From the human T2T-CHM13v2.0 reference genome, Homo sapiens: a stretch of DNA of 64,000 nucleotides. Where the stretch lies: NCBI RefSeq assembly GCF_009914755.1, contig NC_060942.1. One strand, 5' to 3'. The position numbers and the translations under genes were made by a program. The notes below the pieces were generated by a model that saw only the letters and a program-made list of their open reading frames with translations, did no database searches and was not told the DNA's origin. Numbering within the stretch: the stretch's first letter is position 1; the number at the start of each line of letters is the position of its first letter. Positions 16,800-31,830 of this stretch are shown here, piece by piece.

Positions 16800-19753
16800 T
16801 CCTGACGACATTTCTAGACACATCCTGGGCCAGAAGGGAACCTGCTGCCTAGAAGGAAAGGACCCAGTCCTGGCAGCATTTATCACCTGCTAACTGAAGA
16901 GCCTTTGGGCCCTGAATAACCAGCAGTGATACCAGGTACTACACTGAGGGCCTTGAGTGAGCCTCAGAGACTTGCTGGCTTCAGGTGACACCCAACACAT
17001 TACCAGCTGTGGTGGCTATGGTCAAAGACTCCTCTTTGAAAAAAGCAGAGGGAAAGGTAAAGGGACTTTGTCTTGCACCTTAAGTACCAGCTTGGCCACA
17101 GTGGGACAGAGCAATAAGCAGGCTCTTAGTGTCATGGAGTCCAGGCCTAGGCTCATGGACAACAATTCTGGACCTGCCCTGGGCCACAGGGGAGCCCATT
17201 GCCCTGAAGGGTGAGTCCCAGGCCTAGTAGCATTCACCATAAGCTGATGAAAGAGCCCTTGGGCTTTAAGTGAACATCAGCAGTGGCCTGGCAGAGCTCC
17301 CCCATGGGCCAGTGGTAGTGGTGCTCACAGGGAGAGGCTCCTGTGCCTGTGGAAAGGGGAGGGAAGAGCGGGAAGGACTTTATATTGGGGTTTGAGTGTC
17401 AGCTTAGCCACAGTAGAATAGGACATCAGGCAAATTTCTAAGGTTTTTGATTCCAATCCCTGACTCCCAGAAAACATCTCTGGACCTATTTGGGGCCTGG
17501 GGAAACTTGTCACCCTGAAAGGAAGAACAAAACCTGGCTGGCTTTGCCACCTGGTGACTACGTAGATCCCTGAGGTCTTGAGTGACCATAAGTGGTAGAC
17601 AGGTAGTGGTTACAGTGGGCCTTAAGACCCATTGTGGTGCTGGCTTCAGGTCTAACCTAGAACAGTCTTAGTGGTGGCCACATGGGTGTTTGCATCACCA
17701 TACACCCAGTTCGAGGTGGCCGAGCAAAGAGAGAGAGAGACTCTATTTGTTTGGGAGAAAATAAGGAAAAAGAACAAGAGTCTCTGCCTGGTAACCCAGA
17801 GAATTCTTCCAGATCTTATCCAAGACCACCAAGGCAGTACCTCTGCAAATATGGAGAAACCACATCATTATTGGGCTTGGGACCCAAGTCTCTTCGAATA
17901 CCTGGAAAGCCTTCTCAAGAAGGACAGGCACAAACAAGCCTAGACTGTGAAAACTACAATAAATACCTAACTCTTCAATGCCCAGACACCAAAGAACATC
18001 GGCAAGCATCAAGGTCATCCAGGAAAACATGACTTCACCAAATGAACTAAATAAGGCAGCAGGGGCCGATCCTGGAGAAAGAGGGACATGTGACATTTCA
18101 GAGTGAATTCAAAATAGTCATTTTGAGGAAACTCAAAAAATTCAAAATAACACAGAGAAAGAACTCAGAAGTCTATCAGATAAATTTAACCAAGAGATTG
18201 AAATAATTAAAAAGAATCAAGCAGAAATTCTAGAGTTGAAAAATGCAACTCACATACTGAGAAATGCATCAGAATCACTTAACAGCAGAATGGAACAAGT
18301 AGAAGAAAGAATTAGTGAGCCTGAAGACAGGCTACTTAAAAATACAGTCAGAGGAGACAAAAAAGAACAAAAAATGATGAAGCATGCCTACAAGATCTAG
18401 GAAACAGCCTCAAAAGGGAAAATCTCAGTGTTACTGGCCCTAAAGAGGAGGTAGAGAAAGAGGGGTAGAAAGTTTATGCAAATGGATAATATCAGAGAAC
18501 TTCCCAAACCTTAAGAAAGAGATCAACATTCAAGTACAAGAAGTTTATAGGACACCAAGCAGATTTAACCCAAAGAAGACGACCTCATGGCATCTAAGAA
18601 TCAAACTCCCAAAGGTCAAGTATAAAGAAAGAATCCCAAAAGCAGCAAGAGAAAAGAAACAAATAACATTCAGTGGAGCTCCAATACGTCTGGCAGCAGG
18701 CTTTTCAGTGGAAATCTTACCGGCCAGAAGAGAGTGGTGTGATATATTTAAAGTGCTGAAGGAAAAAAACTGTTACCCTAGAATAGTATATCTTGCAAAA
18801 AATATCCTTCAAACATAAAGGAGAAATAAAGGCCTTCCCAGGAAAAAAAAAATGCTGAGGGATTTCATCACACCAGACGTGTCCTACAAGAAATGCTGAG
18901 AGGAGGTCTTTAATCTGAAAAAGGACATTAACAAGCAGTACAAAGTCATCTGAAGGTACAAAACTTGCTGGTAATAGTAAGCACACAGAAAAACACGGAA
19001 TATCAAAACGTTATAATTGTGGTGTGTAAACTACACCTAGCTAGAAAGGCTAAATGATGAACTAATCAAAAATAATAACAACAACTTTTCAAGACATAGA
19101 CAGTATAAGACATAAAAAGGAACAAAAGAAGGTAAAAAGCCGGGAGAATGAAGTAAAGTGTAGAGTTTTGATTAGTTTTCTTTTTGCATGTTTGTTTATG
19201 CAATCAGCGTTGTCATCAGTTTAAAATAATGGGTTATAAGACAGTATTTGCAAGCCTCACAGTAGCCTCAAATCGAAAAACATACAATACACAAAAAATA
19301 AAAAGCAAGAAATTAAATCATACCACCAGAGAAAAGCACCTTCACTAAAAGGAAGACAGGAAGGAAAGAAGGAAGGAAGAGAAGGCTGCAAAACAATTAG
19401 AAAACAAGTAACAAAACGACAGGAGTCCCTACTTATCAATAATAACATTGAATGTAAATGGACTAAACTCTCCAATGAAAAGACATGGGGGGGGGGGGGC
19501 GCTGAATGGATGAAAAAAACAAGACCCCACAATCTGTTGCCTACAGGAAATGCATTTCACCTACAAAGGTACACATAGAGTGAAAACGAAGGGATAGAAA
19601 AAGACATTTCCATGTCCATGGAAACCAAAAAAGAGTAGGAGTAGCTATAATTATATCAGACAAAACAGATTCCAAGACAAACTGTAACAAGAGACAAAGA
19701 AGGTCATTATATAATGATAAAGAAGTAAATCCAGCAGCAGGATATAATAATTG

Positions 19754-20475
19754 TGTAACCGCCCAATGGGCTCACCTTGCCTGCTGCCTAGACAGAACCG
19801 ATTTATCAAAACAGGGGAACTGCAATGGAGAAGGAATAATTCACACAGAGCTGGCTGTGTGGGAGACCAGAGTTTTATTATTACTCAAATCAGTCTCTCT
19901 AGCATTTGCAGATCAGAGATTTTAAGGATAATTTGGCTGGTAAGGACTTGGGAAGTGGGGAGTGCTGACTGGTCAGGTTGAAGATGGAATCATAGTGGGT
20001 TCAAGTGAGGTTTTCTTGCTGTCTTTTCCTGGGTGGGATGGCAGAACTGGTTGAGCCAGATTACTGGTCTCCTTGGTGTCAGCTGATCCATCCAACATAG
20101 GGTCTACAAAATATCTCAAGCACTGACCTTAGGTTTTACAATGCTGATGTTATCCCCAGGAGGAATTTAGGGAGGTTCAGACTCTTGGAGCCAGAGGCTG
20201 CATGACCCCTAAACTGTAATTTCTAATCTTGTAGCTAATTTGTTAGTCTTGCAAGGGCAGACTGGTCCCAAGGCAAAAAGGGGGTCTTTTTGGGAAAAGG
20301 CTTTGTCAGTTTTGTTTCAGAATCAAGCCATGAGCTGAATTCCTTCCCAAAGTTAGTCTGACCTATGCCCAGGAATGAATAAGCACAGCTTAAATGTTAG
20401 AAGCAAGATGGAGTTGGTTAGGTCTTATTTTACTGTCATAATTTCCTCAGTTATAATTTTGCAAAGGCAGTTTCT
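19754..20475 (-). mobile_element. Solo LTR8 (ERV1) inserted in L1 ORF2
   Basis: Ends match LTR8 in reverse (TGTAACCGCCCAATGGG...TTTGCAAAGGCAGTTTC). 4-bp TSD ATTG; L1 resumes seamlessly. Confidence 0.85.
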
Positions 20476-21678
20476 ATTGTAAATATATATGCACCAAATG
20501 CTGGAGCACCAGATATATAAAGCAAATATTATTAGAGCTAAAGATAGAGCTAGACCTCAATATAATAATTGCCGGAGGTCACAACACCCCATTTTCAGCA
20601 TTGGACAGATCCCCCAGACAGAAAATCAACAAAGAAACATCAGACTTAATCTGCACTATAGAACAAACAGACCTAATAGATATTTACCAAACATTTCATC
20701 CAATGGCTACAGAATACACATTCTTTTCCTCAGTACATGTATCATTCTCAAAGATAGACCATATGTTAGGCCACAAAACAAGTCTTAAAGCATACAGAAA
20801 AAGAGAATAATATCAAGTATCTTCTGATCACAATGGAATAAAACTAGAAATCAATGACGCGAGGAATTTTGGAAACTATACAAACAAACAATATGCTCCT
20901 GAATGACCAGTGGGTCAATGAGGAAATTAAGAAATTGAAAAATTTCTTGAAACAAATGATAAGAGAAACACAACACACCAAAACCTATGAGATACAGCGA
21001 AAGCAGTACTAAGAGAGAAATTTACAGCTCTAAGTGCCTACATCAAAAAAAAAGGAAAACTTCAAACAAATAACCTAATGATTCATCTTAAAGAACTAGA
21101 AAAGCAAGAGCAAAACAAATCAGTTGAAGAAATAATAAATCAGTAGAATAAATCAACAGAAGAAATAATAAAGATCAGAGCAGAAATAAATGAAACTGAA
21201 GTGAGGAAAATAGAAAGATCAATGAAACAAAAAGATGGTTTTTTGAAAAGATAAACAAAATTGACAAACCTTTAGCCAGACTAACAAAGAAAAAACGGGG
21301 GAAAACCTAAATAAATAAAATCAGGGATGAAAATGGAAACATTACAACGGATACCACAGAAATCCAAAGGATCATTAGTGGCTACTATGAGAAACTATGT
21401 GGCAATAAATTGGAAAATCTAGAGGAAATGGATAAATTCTTAAGACACATAAACCTACACCAAGATTGAACCATGAAGAAACTGAAAACCTGAATAGATC
21501 AATAACAAGTATCTAGATAAAAGCCATAACAAAAAGTCTCCCAGTAAAGAAAAGCCTGGGACCTGAAGGCTTCACTGCTGAATTCTACCAAACATTTAAA
21601 GGAGAACTAATATCAATCGTACTCAAACTATTCTACAAAATAGAGAAGGGAATACTTCCAAACTTATTGCATTACAGC

Positions 21679-22464
21679 CGTGAAAGGAAAATAAATCTTG
21701 GGGCCCCCAAATTACTAAACTAAGGGGAAAAGTCAAGCTGGGAACTGCTTAGGGCCAGCCTGCCTCCCACTCTATTCAAAGTGTCCCCTCTCCTCACTAA
21801 GATAAATGCATAATTGATTGTCTCCTTTGGAGAGGCTAATCACAAACTCAAAAGAATGAAACTATTTGTCTCTTATCTACCTATGACCTGGAAGCCTCTT
21901 CCCTCCTTCCAGTCTTCCCACCTTTCCAGACCGAACCAATGTTCATCTTACATATGTTGATTGATGTCTCAAGTCTCCCTAAAATGTATAAAACCAAACT
22001 GTGCTCTGACCACCTTCAGACACATGTTGTCAGAACTTCCTGAGGCGCATCCTCAAATTTGTCAAAATAAACTTTCTAATTTTTTTTTTTTTTTTTTGAG
22101 ATGGAGTCTCGCTCTCTCGCCCAGGCTGGAGTGCAGTGGTGCGCTCTCTGCTCACTGCAGCTTCTGCCTCCCAAGTAGTTGGGAGTGATTCCCCAACTCC
22201 CCAAGTAGTTGGGTTCAAGTGATTCTCCTGCCTCAGCCCCCCAAGTAGTTGGGATTACAGGCGTGCGCCACCACACCTGGCTGATTTTTGTATTTTTAGT
22301 AGAGACGGGGTTTTGCCATGTTGGCCAGGCTGGTCTCGAACTCCTAGCCTCAAGTGACCCGCCCGCCTCAGCCTCCCAAAGTGCTGAGATTACAGGCGTG
22401 AGCTACCATGCCTGGTAAAACTTTCTAAATTAACTGAGACCTGTCTCAGATTTTTGAATCCACA
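21679..22464 (+). mobile_element. Solo MER4A/MER4A1 LTR, interrupted by an Alu
   Basis: GTGAAAGGAAAATAAATCTTGGGGCCCCC start and AATTAACTGAGACCTGTCTCAGA...CACA end. Confidence 0.85.
22080..22414 (-). mobile_element. Alu inside MER4A
   Basis: TSD AAACTTTCTAA; internal duplication. Confidence 0.92.
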
Positions 22465-25246
22465 TGTTGATATCAAAACCAAAGACACATCACAAAAAGA
22501 AAACTACAGGCCAATATTCATTCTCTGATGAATACTGATGCATAAATCCTTGACAAAATACTAGCAAACTGAATTCAACAATATGTTAAAAAGATCATTC
22601 ATCATAAACAAGTGGGATTTATCCCAGGGATGGTACAACATATGCAAATCAACCAGTGTCATACATCATATCAACAGAGCTGATGAAAAAAACCATATGA
22701 CCATTTCAACTGATGCTGAAAATGTATTTGATAAAATTCAACATCCCTTTATGACAAAAACCCTCAAAAAACTGGTATAAAAGGAACACACCTCAACATA
22801 ATAAAAGCCATGAAAGACCCACAGCTAGTATCATACTAAATGAGGAAAAACTGAAAGACTTTCCTTTAAGATATGGAACACAACAAACGTTCACTTTCAC
22901 CACTATTATACAACATGGTACTGTTAGTCCTAGCTAGAGCAATCAGACAATAGAAAGAAATAAAGGTATCCAAATTGGAAAGGAAGAAGTCAAATTATCC
23001 TTGTTTGCAGATGATATGAACTTTTGTTTGGAAAAACCTAGAGACTACACCAAAAAACTATTAGAGCTGATAAATTCAGTAAAGTTGCAGGATACAAGAT
23101 CAACATACAAAAATCAGTAGCATTTCTACATGCCAAAAGTGAATATCTGAAAAAGAAACTTAAAAAGTAATCCCATTTACAATAGCCACACATAAAATTA
23201 AATACCTAGGAATTAAGTTAACCAAAGAAGTGAAAGATCTCTATGGTGAAAACTATAAAACGCTGATGAAAGAACTGAAGAGGATGCAAAAAAAAAAAAA
23301 AAAAAAAAAAAAAAGGAAAGATATTCCATGTTCATGGACTGGGAAAATGAGTACTGTTAAAATGTCCATACTATTCAAAGCAATCAACAGATTCAATGCT
23401 ATCCCTATCAAAATGCCAGTGACAATCTTCACAGAAATAGAAAAAAACAATTTTAGAATTTATGTGGAACCACAGGGGACCCAAAATAGCCAAAAGTATC
23501 CTGAGCAAAAAGAACTAAACTGGAGGAATCATATTACCTGACTTCAAATTACAGTACAGAGCTACAGTAACCAAAACAGCATGGTACTGGCATAAAAACA
23601 GACACATAGACCAATGGAACGGAATACAGAACCCAGAAACACATCCTCACACTCACAGTGAACTAATTTTCAGTAAAGGTACCAAGAACATATATTGGAG
23701 AAAAGACAGTCTCTTCAATAAGTTGTACTGGAAAAACTGGATATCCATATGCAAAAGAAAGAAACTAGACCCCTATCTCTTGCCATATACAAAAATCAAA
23801 TCAAGATGGATTAAGGACTTAAATCTAAGACCTCAGACTATGAAACTACTACAAGGAAACACTAGGGAAACTCTCCAGGACATTGGTCTGGGCAAATATT
23901 TCTTAGTAATACCCCACAAGCACAGACAACCAAAGAAAAAATGGACAAATGGAAACATATCAAGTTAAAAAGCTTCTGCACAGCAAAGGATACAATCAAC
24001 AAAATGAAGAGACAACCCACAAAATTATAAAAAATATTTGCAAACTACCCATCTGACAAGGGATGAATATACAGAATATATAAGGAGCTCAAACAACTCC
24101 ACAGGAAAAAAATCCAATAATGCTATTAAAACATGAGTCAAAGATTTGAACAGATATTTCTCAAAAGACATACAAATGGAAAACAGGCATATGAAAAGGC
24201 GCTCAACATCACTGATTAGAGAAATGCAAATCAAACTACGATGAGGTATCATCTCATCCCAGTTAAAATGGCTTATCTCCAAAAGACAGGCAGTAACAAA
24301 TGCTGGCAAGGATGTGGAGAAAGGGGAACACTGTTGGTGAGAATGTAAATTAGTGCAACCACTATGAAGAACAGTTTGGAGGTTTCTCAAAAAACTAAAC
24401 ATAAAGCTACCCCATACGACCCAGCAATCCCACTGCTAGGTATATTCCCAAAAAAAGGAAAAGCAGTATACGGAAGAGATATCTGCACTCCCATGTTTGC
24501 TGTGGCACTGTTCACAATAGCCAAGATTTGGAAGCAACCTACGTGTCCATCAACAGATGGATAAAGAAAATGTGGTACTTAACACACAATGGAATACCAT
24601 TCAGCCATAAAAAAAAGAACAAGATCCTATCATTTGCAACAACATGGATGGAACTGGATGTTGTCATTATGTTAAATGAAATAAGCCAGGCACAGAAAGA
24701 CAAACATTGCATGTTCTCACTTATTTGTGGGAATTACAAATCAAAACAATTGAACACATGGAGATAGAGAGGAGAAGGCTAGTTACCAGAGGTTGAGAAG
24801 GGTAGTGGGGCAGGGTTGGGGGAATGTGGAGATGGTTAATGGATGCAAAATAAAAAAATAGAAAGAATGAATAATACCTGATATTTGATAGCATAACAGG
24901 GTGACTATAGTCAAAATAATTTAATTGCACACTTTATAATTGGATTGTTTATAGCACAAAGGATAAATGCTTGAGGGAATGGCTATCCCATTTTCCATGT
25001 GATTATTACGCATTGTATGCCTGCATCAAAATATCTCATGTATCCCTTATATCTATGTGCTCACAAAAATTAAAAATTAAAAAACAGAATGCTAAATTGC
25101 CTCATAGTGGTAGATATTAAATATATTGCCAATATATTTTAATGTAATATAATAAATCTGTGTAAGCTATATAAAAATAGTAAAATTCTAAATCAACCTA
25201 CTTGCTGAAATTCTGTAATTTTTTAAAGTCTATTTTTAAAATTACA

Positions 25247-25529
<283 letters not shown>

Positions 25530-25649
25530 TAAAATTACATCTTTTTAACTCCGTATTAAATATTTGTGCACAACTGTATCCTAGTACCTGGAATGGTCCC
25601 TGGAACGTGCTCTACTTAATCAGGATTTCCAAGAATGAACAAGGCCTAT

Positions 25650-26047
25650 GACAGAGACTGCTAATTTCTCCCAATAGCTATTTCTCCCCTTTGTCATTAG
25701 TAAGCCCCAAGTTTTACCTTTTGCCCTCCAGCTAACAGACCATACTTCTCCATCTCTCTGTCAGCTATAGACAAATGACTAAGTTCTGGCCAAGAAGAAT
25801 GGAAATATTGTGCAAAGGATAGTAGAACTAATTAAAGGGAAGGGTATACCCCTTTTTCTGCCCCTTCCTCCTTCCAGCTGACGAAAATTTGACAGTAGGA
25901 ACAGCCCCTAACACCTGAAACTGCCATACAGGCCCAGACTGCCCGCCTCTCATTTTCTTTACAGTGAAAGAAATATAAATCTCTAATTTAAGCTAATGTT
26001 ATTGGGTTTGGGGTTTTTTGCTTGTTAGATGGTAATACACTGATACA
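25650..26047 (+). mobile_element. Old MLT1-type LTR
   Basis: ATGACTAAGTTCTGGCCAA, TTTAAGCTA...TGATACA end. Confidence 0.5.
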
Positions 26048-26139
26048 TGTAACGTTTTTATAAAGCACCACAGGCTATTCTGATATGGCTTTTGGATAAA
26101 AAGTAATTTAGAGAAATTTCAGTTTAGTTAAAAAAAAAT

Positions 26140-27130
26140 ACACCGAAAGTACAAACAACAAAAATTTAAAACTTTGATGCATAAAGGAACACTATCAACA
26201 AAGTAAAAAGACAACCCAGGAAATGGAAGGAAGTATTTGCAAATCATATATCTAACAAGGGTCTAGTATCTACAATATATACACAATCATGTACAGAACT
26301 CTACGCTCAGCAATAAGATGACAAACAATCCAATTAAAAAATGGGCAAAGGACTCAGACATTTCTCCAAAAAAGACAGCCAGTAAGCACATGAAAAGATG
26401 AGTTCAACAGGTGAATGCAAATCATAAACACAATGAGATACCACTTCACACCTACTAGAATGGCTATAATTTTTTTTAAAAAAAAGAAAATAAGTGTTCA
26501 GAAGAATGTGGGGAAAGTGGAACTTTGCATATTGCTGATGGGAATGTAAAACGTCAGCCACTGCGGAAAACAGTATGGTGGTTCTTTAAAATGTTAAACA
26601 TAGAAACACCATCTAACCCAGGAATCCTACTTTTAGGTATATACCCAAAAGAATTGAATACAAATGCTCAAATACTTGCAAAAACATTCACAGCATTACT
26701 ATTTGCAACAGCCAAAAGGTAGAAACAGCCCAAATGCCCATAAATGGATATACAGATACAATGTGATATATACATACCATACTTCTTAGCCATCAAAGGC
26801 AAAGTGCTTATACATGCTACAATGCGCATGAACCTCAAAAACATTAGGCTAAGGGAGAAAGCCAGACACAGAAGCTCACATATTGTATAATTCCATTTAC
26901 ACGAAATGTTCAAGACAGGCAAATCCATAGAGAAGAAGCAGATTCGTGGTTTTCAGGGACTGGGGATGGGGTACCAGAGAGACAGGGAGTATTTAATGGG
27001 TACAGGGTTCCTTGTGGAATGATGAAAATGTTTTGGAATAAGACAGAGGTGATAACTGCACACTGTGAATGTATTAATGCCACTGAATTGTATGCTCAAA
27101 AGAGTGAATTTTATGTTATGTGAATTCTAT
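26140..27130 (+). mobile_element. L1MB-like 3' fragment
   Basis: ORF2 end remnants and L1MB 3'UTR (AATGCCACTGAATTGTA...GTGAATTTTATGTTATGTGAATT). Confidence 0.75.
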
Positions 27131-27159
27131 CCCATTTTTCCCCAAAGTTTAAAAGAACT

Positions 27160-27765
27160 CAAAAAAAAAAAAAAAAGACAAACATGCATTTATCATATGA
27201 CCTATGACCTGGCCATTCTACTAGATATTTCCATAAGAAAAATAAAAGCTTATGTCCACATAAATACTTGTATATACAAATATTCATAGCTTTATTTATA
27301 ATATCCCCAAACTGGAAACAACCTAAATATCCATCAACATGTGAATGGATAAACTGTGGTACAGCCACAAAATGGAATATCATTTAGCAATAAAAAGGAG
27401 TTAACTATTGATACATTCAGCGACATGGATGAACCTCAAAATAACTATGCTGAGTTAAAGAAGCCAGAACCCGCCCCCAAAAGTGCATACGATATGATTC
27501 CATTACTATAAAATTTTAGAAAATTCCTGCCAATGTCTAGTGATAAAAAGCTGATCAATACTTGCCTGTGGATGGGGGTGGAAGAAAGAATAAGGGATAT
27601 TACAAAGAGGCAGTAAGGAACTTTTGGAAGGAATAGAAGTATTCCTTATCTTGATTGTTGTGGTGACAGTTTCACTAGTGCAAGCACATGTCAAAACTCA
27701 TTCAATAACAGTTTAAATACGTGGAGTTTATTGTACATCAATTATACGTCAATAAAGCTATAAAA
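27160..27765 (+). mobile_element. L1ME-like 3' fragment
   Basis: AAACTGGAAACAACCTAAATATCCATC...TTGTACATCAATTATACGTCAATAAAG. Confidence 0.7.
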
Positions 27766-27872
27766 ATGATAGCATTTAGCAATAGGAAGGGCATAGTAAA
27801 AAAACCACTCATATATTGACAATGGAAGTTAAAACAATAATACATTTCATATGCAGCCTTAAAAACATTTTT

Positions 27873-28187
27873 GGGCTGGACATGATGGCTCACACCCGTA
27901 ATCCCAGCACTCTGGGAGGCTGAGACGGGCAGATTACTTGAGCCCAGGGGTTTGAGACCAGCTTGGGCAACAGGGCAAAACCCCATCTCTATAAAAAATA
28001 CAAAAATGAGCCGGGTGTGGTGGTGCATGCCTGTGGTCCCAGCTATGAGGAAGGCTAACTTGGGACGATCATCTGACCCAGGGAAGTTAAGGCTGCAGTG
28101 AGCTGAGACCTCTGCAGTGAGCCAAGATCATGCCACTGCACTCCAGCCTGGGCGACAGAGCAAGACTTTGTCTCAAAAAATAAAAAA
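27873..28187 (+). mobile_element. Alu (J-like)
   Basis: Alu consensus with small internal duplication CTGCAGTGAGC. Confidence 0.9.
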
Positions 28188-28904
28188 TTTTTTCAAAGAA
28201 TAGGTGTTTTTCAAAGAAAAATACTCACTCTGATATTACTGAAAATGATGTAAGATATTAAACAGCAAGATGCATTGTATTTGTGTTTGCACACTCATGT
28301 GTATAAGCTAAGACACACCAAAATCCTGCTGGTGGTTGCTGGGACCTGGTTTTCATATTCTTCTCTATAAGCTCTAAAATAGCTTTCTGTATACTCCTGT
28401 ATATCTTCCATATATATCTCATAATTCTATAATTAGCGAAATATTTTAAAATACGCCTACTTAGGAACTGATAATTGCATCATCAAATTTTGCATCAGAT
28501 TGGCAATGCATCAGATGCAAAACAATGTTTGCAAGGTCCTCTTAAATACTGCAGAACATATGACTTTCTCAGATGTCTGGTATGGGAGCCCAATCTGAGA
28601 ATTTAAGCACACTCCTGTCTCATCATGGTTGCAAAGCTTCGACCTAAAAATAGCTTGCTCTTACATAATCACTAGCCACAGATTTGTATATTTTACATAT
28701 CCTCAAAATAAATAGTTTTTTTTTTTGAGATACGCCACCAGAGGTAAATAATCATTTTTAAAAGTAGGGAAGTTTAATCATAATCTAAACAAATCTTGTT
28801 TTCAGAAGTTATTCAGGGGCTCTGCAATTGATAGTTTTGCTGATGAAAATAACTAGAAACAGTTATATGTAACAGAAGTAACACCATAGCAATGAATTGT
28901 TTAA

Positions 28905-29330
28905 ATAAACTTTATTTGAATCATATACAATACCTTTATGTTAAGTGTATGATTCAGTAAGCTTTTACAAATATATACGCCGCCATGTAACTAGCACCAC
29001 CATCAAGATACAGGACATTTCCATTACCTCTCTCCCCCAAGTTCTCATGTGCCCCTTTCACGGTCACTCTCCCCCATGTGCCCCTTTCACGGTCACTGTC
29101 CCCCTTCTCTCCACCCCCTACCCAGGCAACCACTGCTCTGACTTCAATAACCATGGTTTAGGTTTGTCTGTTTTTGAACTTAAAATAAATGGAATCATGC
29201 AGGGTGTGTACTCTTTTGTATCTAGCTTTTTTTACTAGTATAATGTTCTTTAGATTCATCCATGTTTTTGCAACTATACGCAGTTCTTTCCTTTTTACAA
29301 AGGACTATTCCACTGTACATTTATTCCATG
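28905..29330 (-). mobile_element. L1ME-like 3' fragment
   Basis: Reverse L1M 3'UTR (CACCACCATCAAGATACAGGACATTTCC). Confidence 0.65.
29046..29104. repeat. 29-bp tandem duplication
   Basis: CATGTGCCCCTTTCACGGTCACT(C/G)TCCCC x2. Confidence 0.9.
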
Positions 29331-29938
29331 ATTTCCAGCTCCGCTTTTTACATGCCTTCAGCTCTGTCTCTGAAAATAGCTTTCTGTATATGGTAAACAT
29401 TGTTAGGCCCAGAAGGACAATCACTTTGCTTTTTTAGAATTTTGATATTTTATTCTGTTTTGACAAGTGTTTTCACAGTTCTCAAACTGAGGTAAAAAAT
29501 TTAAATGTGCTGGAATCACAACTTAGGAGGTTATATGTCTATCTGAAGAAAACACTGCAAATATGTTAAAGCAGTGCTTCCCAAGTTTTGTCAGTATGTA
29601 TATTTACTTTACACCAGGTGCTGTGCTAAGTACGTGCTGTACTAGCTCATATGATCCTCCCCACCCACAATCTTGTGAGGTTTGCCACTGAACAACACAC
29701 TTAAAAATGGTTACGATGGTAAATCATATGTATATTTTACCAAAAACAAAAAACAATAAAACTTTTTCCTCCAAATATTGGACTAAAATATATAGTTAGG
29801 ATGACTCATATTAACACACCAACAAAACCCCAAAACACTGCGATTGCAATATTTGCCATGTATTTTTACTTGGGTCCTTGACATTACCTATAACAAAGTC
29901 ACTATCAAAATGTATATATTCTTGACACAAAACCATAG

Positions 29939-30259
<321 letters not shown>

Positions 30260-31447
30260 TATTCCTAACATTTTAACAACTATTTACTTAATACTACTTG
30301 CAGAAAAAAATCCCAAAATGTAGTCAGCATATGTGAATGCACCCTGGGGAACAACCATATTCAATTAATTCACAAGAGAATGTTGGAATCTAGTGATTGC
30401 CAAACTGTAAGACTATGAAATTACAATACAGTTCCCAATAGGGATTGACGCAGGACCTACCAGTGATGAAGCCTACACAGAAACTGTGGATGAACCACAA
30501 ACCAGGCTTTGAATTCTCTTAAGGCCAAAACAGAAAGAGAAATACAATCAATTGTGCCCTTTTAATTGTCCACCAGGAAAAAAAAAACACCAACTGTTCC
30601 TTGGAGAAAAGAAACTCCCTCTTTGCCCTTAGCTCTAATTTCTCATCCAGGATTATATAAAGGGGAGTAAGAGTATTAGAGGGCAAAATAATCATGTTGT
30701 TAAGGCCAATATTTTTTGAAATGCCCTTCAACAAAAATTAAGGGTGTAACGCCAACTTATAATTCAGTGAGGGCCATTTTTCTGAAAAATCAAGAAAACA
30801 TAGTCCAGGCTATAGCATTCTGACAGGCCAGTTTAACATTAAGATAAGGAATCTTAGGAAATAGACTACTTCTATATTTTCCCAAAATGCGACTTCTACC
30901 AAGCCAAATCTTCACAAAAAGATGGACAGCAATTTCCTGTTGAGAACCTGGAACACAGGTATTCTGTGCAAAATCAGAAGATATTTCAATACCCTTGGCC
31001 ATCTGCTTATCTTATTTCTAAATGTGGCATCCTTTGGTCAAATTGAGAAAGTAGCTTATATAGATGGCCACATCCGCTTGGGCTGTCTAAAGACTTTTCC
31101 TAAGTCTAGGCGTGTATGATATAGTTGGGCTGTTCTTTGGCATTAAATTTGGAGGCAGTTATCCTGGATTTAGTTCTAAGTTTTGCCCGCTCCTAGCGGC
31201 ATATGCTTGGGCAAGTAAATGACACTCTCCTCCTGGCCCTAGCATCCTCTGTAAAATAAAGAATAGATCACTTTCAAACTTTTCTATGGAGGTACCGCAG
31301 TGGATGAATGGGTGCTTTTACTTTCATCGGTCTTATATACTGGCATCCACATCCTGCCTCCACTGCCAATAAAACCTCTGAAGACCATCAGACCAGATGT
31401 TCTACAATCTAATACCGATTCTGAGACTTTGGGATTTTAAACAACTA

Positions 31448-31830
<383 letters not shown>

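Noticed and set aside
19487-19499. G13 homopolymer in L1
   Set aside because: Likely simple slippage expansion with no functional support.
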